NCBI GenBank assembly: GCA_963737655.1
Contig: CAVTTN010000002.1
Location: 5,472,001 to 5,536,000 of the forward strand
DNA: 64,000 nucleotides
Direction of reading: 5' to 3'
Origin: an uncultured Planctomycetota bacterium
GTDB taxonomy: Bacteria > Planctomycetota > Planctomycetia > Isosphaerales > Isosphaeraceae
Below are positions 61,139-64,000 of the stretch, in pieces (position 1 is the stretch's first letter; each line of letters begins with the position of its first letter). A model generated the notes under the pieces. It was not told the origin of the DNA. It did not search any database and saw nothing but the letters and a program-made list of their open reading frames with translations. The position numbers were made by a program, and so were the translations under genes.

Positions 61139-63004
61139 TCATCGCGTCTCCAAAGTGCCCATCGCCTTCAGGAGCACACCGCCGCCGGTCCTGTCGGGCG
61201 TGGCCCCCTTCTTCAACTCGCCCCCCTGCCCTTCGGCGCCGACCCGGACGTAACTCTCGAACGGCTTGCCGGTGAAGCAGGATTCGCCCAGGGTCGCGGC
61301 CAGGCGTCCGCCCTCGACGACGAACATCGGGGCGCCTTTCGGATCGGTCGTGGTGTAACACAGGCCGCCGAGGACCTCGGTCGATCCGCCCCCGGCCGTC
61401 TTCACCAGGATCCCGCCCCGCTCGGTCTTGAACCCGAGGACCCAGAGTTGACCGCCGTCGTTCAGGACGTGCGTCCCCTCGTTCTCGACGTTGAATTGAC
61501 GGGCCCACACGTTTTGCTCGCCGAATCGCCAGTCGGTGAACGGGTTCGAGCAGACGTCTTCGAGGAACAGGTCGCCCTTGCCGGTGAAGTGGCCGTTGAC
61601 GTTGCAGCAGTCCTTGACGACGAGCGTCCGGGCCGAGGTGTTGTCGAGCATCGGCGTGGTCGAATAGCCGCCGCCGAACCTCTCGAAGACCACGACCGGC
61701 GCGGACCCCTCGCCGATCTCGAACGCGGGCCGCCCCTTCAGGTCGTCGGGGATCAACGTCGCCTCGCAACCGATCAGCCGGCGGACCGTCCCCCCGACGC
61801 GGACGGTCCGGCCGATCTTGTAGGCCCCGGGAGGGAAATAGATCGTGGATCGGCCCGAATCGACGGCCTTCTGGATCGCCTCGGAGTCGTCCTGATCGTC
61901 GTCGGGCTTCGCGCCGAAATGCGTGGGGCTGGCCCAGTCCTTCAGGGCATCCCAGGGGACTTCCGGCGTCTCCTTCACCGGGAGATTGGCGACCGAGGCC
62001 GAGGCGATCGGCGACGACGGGTGCGAGACGAATTCGGGGACGACGCGGCCCGGGTCGGGCCTCCGCGAGTTGGCCGAGTTGCGGATCGTCTCGGCGAACC
62101 CGACCGACGCGACGTTCCTTGCCAGCAAGAACCCCTCATTCAGCACCGCCGGCTTCGCCACCGACCCCCGGAGCGACCGGATCTCGGCGTCGATCAGGAC
62201 GAGCACGCCGGCCCCTCCCGAGTTCACCACGGCCGGGACGAGCCCTCGCGTCTTGAGTCCTCGGAGGCTCACGCACTGCCCTTCATTCGCGAATCCGAAT
62301 CGGTTTTGGTTCTCCAGTTCGAGATTTTCCAGCGTGATGCTGTCAACCACATGGGCCGTCCTCACGCCGAAGTCGAACCCGACGACCTTCACGTCCTTGA
62401 TCAAGCAGGGGCCGTTCTCATCGGTGTACGCAAGGTCCAGGCCGACCTGGCCTTTCCCGTCACCCGAGCGGATCGTGACGTCCCGGACGCAGCCTTGATT
62501 GTTCGCCATGAACCGCAGGCCGATGGCGCCGGGGTTCTTCTTGCCGGTGTCGATGGTGAGGTCGCGGACGGCGTTGCGGAACCGCTGGGCGGGGGCCTGG
62601 CCGGTCCAGATCGTGGCTTTCGGGGCCATCGGGTCGTCGAAGCCGGGGCAGGCGTCGGGGATCTTCAAGATGGTCTTCTCGCGGGCCTGCCCCTGGAGGA
62701 TCGTGTTCTTCTCCTCCCAGCCGCCGACGGTCCCATGCGGCCATTTCAGGGTGTCGGTGATCTTGTAAGTGCCGGCCGGAAGGTAGATGATGCGACCACC
62801 GTTGGGGAAGGCGTCCAGCGCCTTCTGGATCGCGGCGGTGTCGTCTCGGAGGCCGTCCCCCCTCGCGCCGAAATCCCTCACGTTGACCACGCCCGAATCC
62901 TTCGGGAAGATGAGGTCGGCCGATCGAGCGGGGTTCGGAAAGATCGCCAGCCAAACTGCGGCGAACACGGGCGCGAGGCGACGGCGGGCAAAGTTCTTCG
63001 TCAC
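61139..63004 (-). CDS. Secreted pectate-lyase-superfamily/GH55-like beta-helix protein
   Basis: Two NVRDFGA.GDG..DDT.AIQ.A / IYFPPG.Y motifs; signal peptide. Confidence 0.85.
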   Translation of the reverse strand: MTKNFARRRLAPVFAAVWLAIFPNPARSADLIFPKDSGVVNVRDFGARGDGLRDDTAAIQKALDAFPNGGRIIYLPAGTYKITDTLKWPHGTVGGWEEKNTILQGQAREKTILKIPDACPGFDDPMAPKATIWTGQAPAQRFRNAVRDLTIDTGKKNPGAIGLRFMANNQGCVRDVTIRSGDGKGQVGLDLAYTDENGPCLIKDVKVVGFDFGVRTAHVVDSITLENLELENQNRFGFANEGQCVSLRGLKTRGLVPAVVNSGGAGVLVLIDAEIRSLRGSVAKPAVLNEGFLLARNVASVGFAETIRNSANSRRPDPGRVVPEFVSHPSSPIASASVANLPVKETPEVPWDALKDWASPTHFGAKPDDDQDDSEAIQKAVDSGRSTIYFPPGAYKIGRTVRVGGTVRRLIGCEATLIPDDLKGRPAFEIGEGSAPVVVFERFGGGYSTTPMLDNTSARTLVVKDCCNVNGHFTGKGDLFLEDVCSNPFTDWRFGEQNVWARQFNVENEGTHVLNDGGQLWVLGFKTERGGILVKTAGGGSTEVLGGLCYTTTDPKGAPMFVVEGGRLAATLGESCFTGKPFESYVRVGAEGQGGELKKGATPDRTGGGVLLKAMGTLETR

Positions 63005-63085
63005 GGGAAGCCCCCGGATGGACGTTCGGCGAGGAGACGGCGGGCGGAGGTTCTCCCGGGGATTCTAACCGGACGGGGTGCTGCG

Positions 63086-64000
63086 ATGGCGAGGAGTCTT
63101 CCGAAAGGCGGGGGTGAGACGGGCGGTGCGGCCGGCGGGTTCTTCCCCGGCTCGGACGTGGCGATCTCGGACTTACGGGCGCTGAAACGACGGTTCTCGA
63201 AGCGCTATCTCGGGCCGGGCGGGCCGACGACGGAGGCCCGGCCCACGCGGTTCGCCGCCTCGGCCGTCCTCGCCCCGTCGCCGACCGTCGGCGACGGCAA
63301 CATCGTCGGCGTGGGAGTCGGCGAGAAGCTCTCCGAGGGCGGGCCGACCGGCGTCCCCGCCCTGACGTTCCTGGTCAAGGTGAAATATCCGCCCTCCCAG
63401 CTCTCCGCGAAGGGCCTGATCCCGCCGACCGTCGACGGCATCCCCACGGATGTCGTCGAGGTCGGCGTCCTCCGGCCGGTCGCCGCGAGGAAGAAGGCGG
63501 CGAAGGCGGCGGCCCCGGCCTCGTCGCCGCCGGACCCCAAGGTCCGCATCCGGCCCGCCGCCCCGGGCAGCTCGATCGGCTTCCGCGACCCGGGCGACGC
63601 CTTCGTGATGGCCGGGACGTTCGGCGCCCTCGTGGCCGACGACAAGGGCGTGTACATCCTGAGCAATAATCACGTTTTGGCCGACGAGAACCAGCTCGCG
63701 CTCGGCTCGCCGATCTTCCAGCCCGGGCTGCTCGACGGCGGCAATCCCACGAAGGACCAGGTCGCCACGCTGACCCGGTTCATCCCGATCGACACCTCGG
63801 CCGACAACAAGGTCGATTGCGCGATCGCCCAGGCGCTCAGGCCCGACCTCGTCACCAACGCGATCCTCCAGATCGGCGCCCCGACCGGCTCGGCCGAGGC
63901 CGCGTTCGACATGAACGTCCACAAGTTCGGCCGGACCAGCGGCTACACCGCCGGGCGGATCGCCAGCATCGACACCGACGTGACCATCCAGTACGAGGCC
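63086..64000 (+). CDS. Trypsin-like serine protease (partial, runs off the window)
   Basis: Frame open from ATG 63086 to the window end; GIPTDV, GTFG..ILSNNHV..QPG..DCAIA..KFGRTSGYT. Confidence 0.8.
   Translation, partial: MARSLPKGGGETGGAAGGFFPGSDVAISDLRALKRRFSKRYLGPGGPTTEARPTRFAASAVLAPSPTVGDGNIVGVGVGEKLSEGGPTGVPALTFLVKVKYPPSQLSAKGLIPPTVDGIPTDVVEVGVLRPVAARKKAAKAAAPASSPPDPKVRIRPAAPGSSIGFRDPGDAFVMAGTFGALVADDKGVYILSNNHVLADENQLALGSPIFQPGLLDGGNPTKDQVATLTRFIPIDTSADNKVDCAIAQALRPDLVTNAILQIGAPTGSAEAAFDMNVHKFGRTSGYTAGRIASIDTDVTIQYEA

Noticed and set aside
1..64000. tRNA, rRNA, transposase, integrase or prophage genes
   Set aside because: No recognisable signatures were seen by eye.

Overview
Very GC-rich bacterial chromosomal window, most likely from Planctomycetota (Isosphaeraceae-like). 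This is inferred from a DUF1559 prepilin-type gene, a PVC-type heme protein and TPR-linked Ser/Thr kinases with DWG in place of DFG. It carries housekeeping genes (glmS, rplM-rpsI, nth, class II photolyase), a MarR-MFS-RND efflux operon, four toxin-antitoxin-like modules (two with clearly disabled toxins) and many accessory enzymes. About 11 genes, including glmS, show single frameshifts, most likely sequencing indels. The most notable region is 8.3-17.0 kb: a twice-repeated module of small, signal-less IPT/TIG(Ig-like)-fold genes (6 genes, 8 domains, each with a variable loop) converging on a membrane-anchored Ser/Thr kinase-TPR gene. The two kinase cores are almost identical at DNA level while the TPR regions have diverged. 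Non-coding signals include a GTAG-type REP/REPIN family whose TAG is the stop codon of six genes, a MITE family with 9-bp target duplications, a palindromic repeat inserted in frame into an acyltransferase, a ~190-nt rod-like (6S-like) RNA candidate, and an AT-rich intergenic region with degenerate DnaA-box-like 9-mers. All calls come from motif recognition by eye; no database searches were run.
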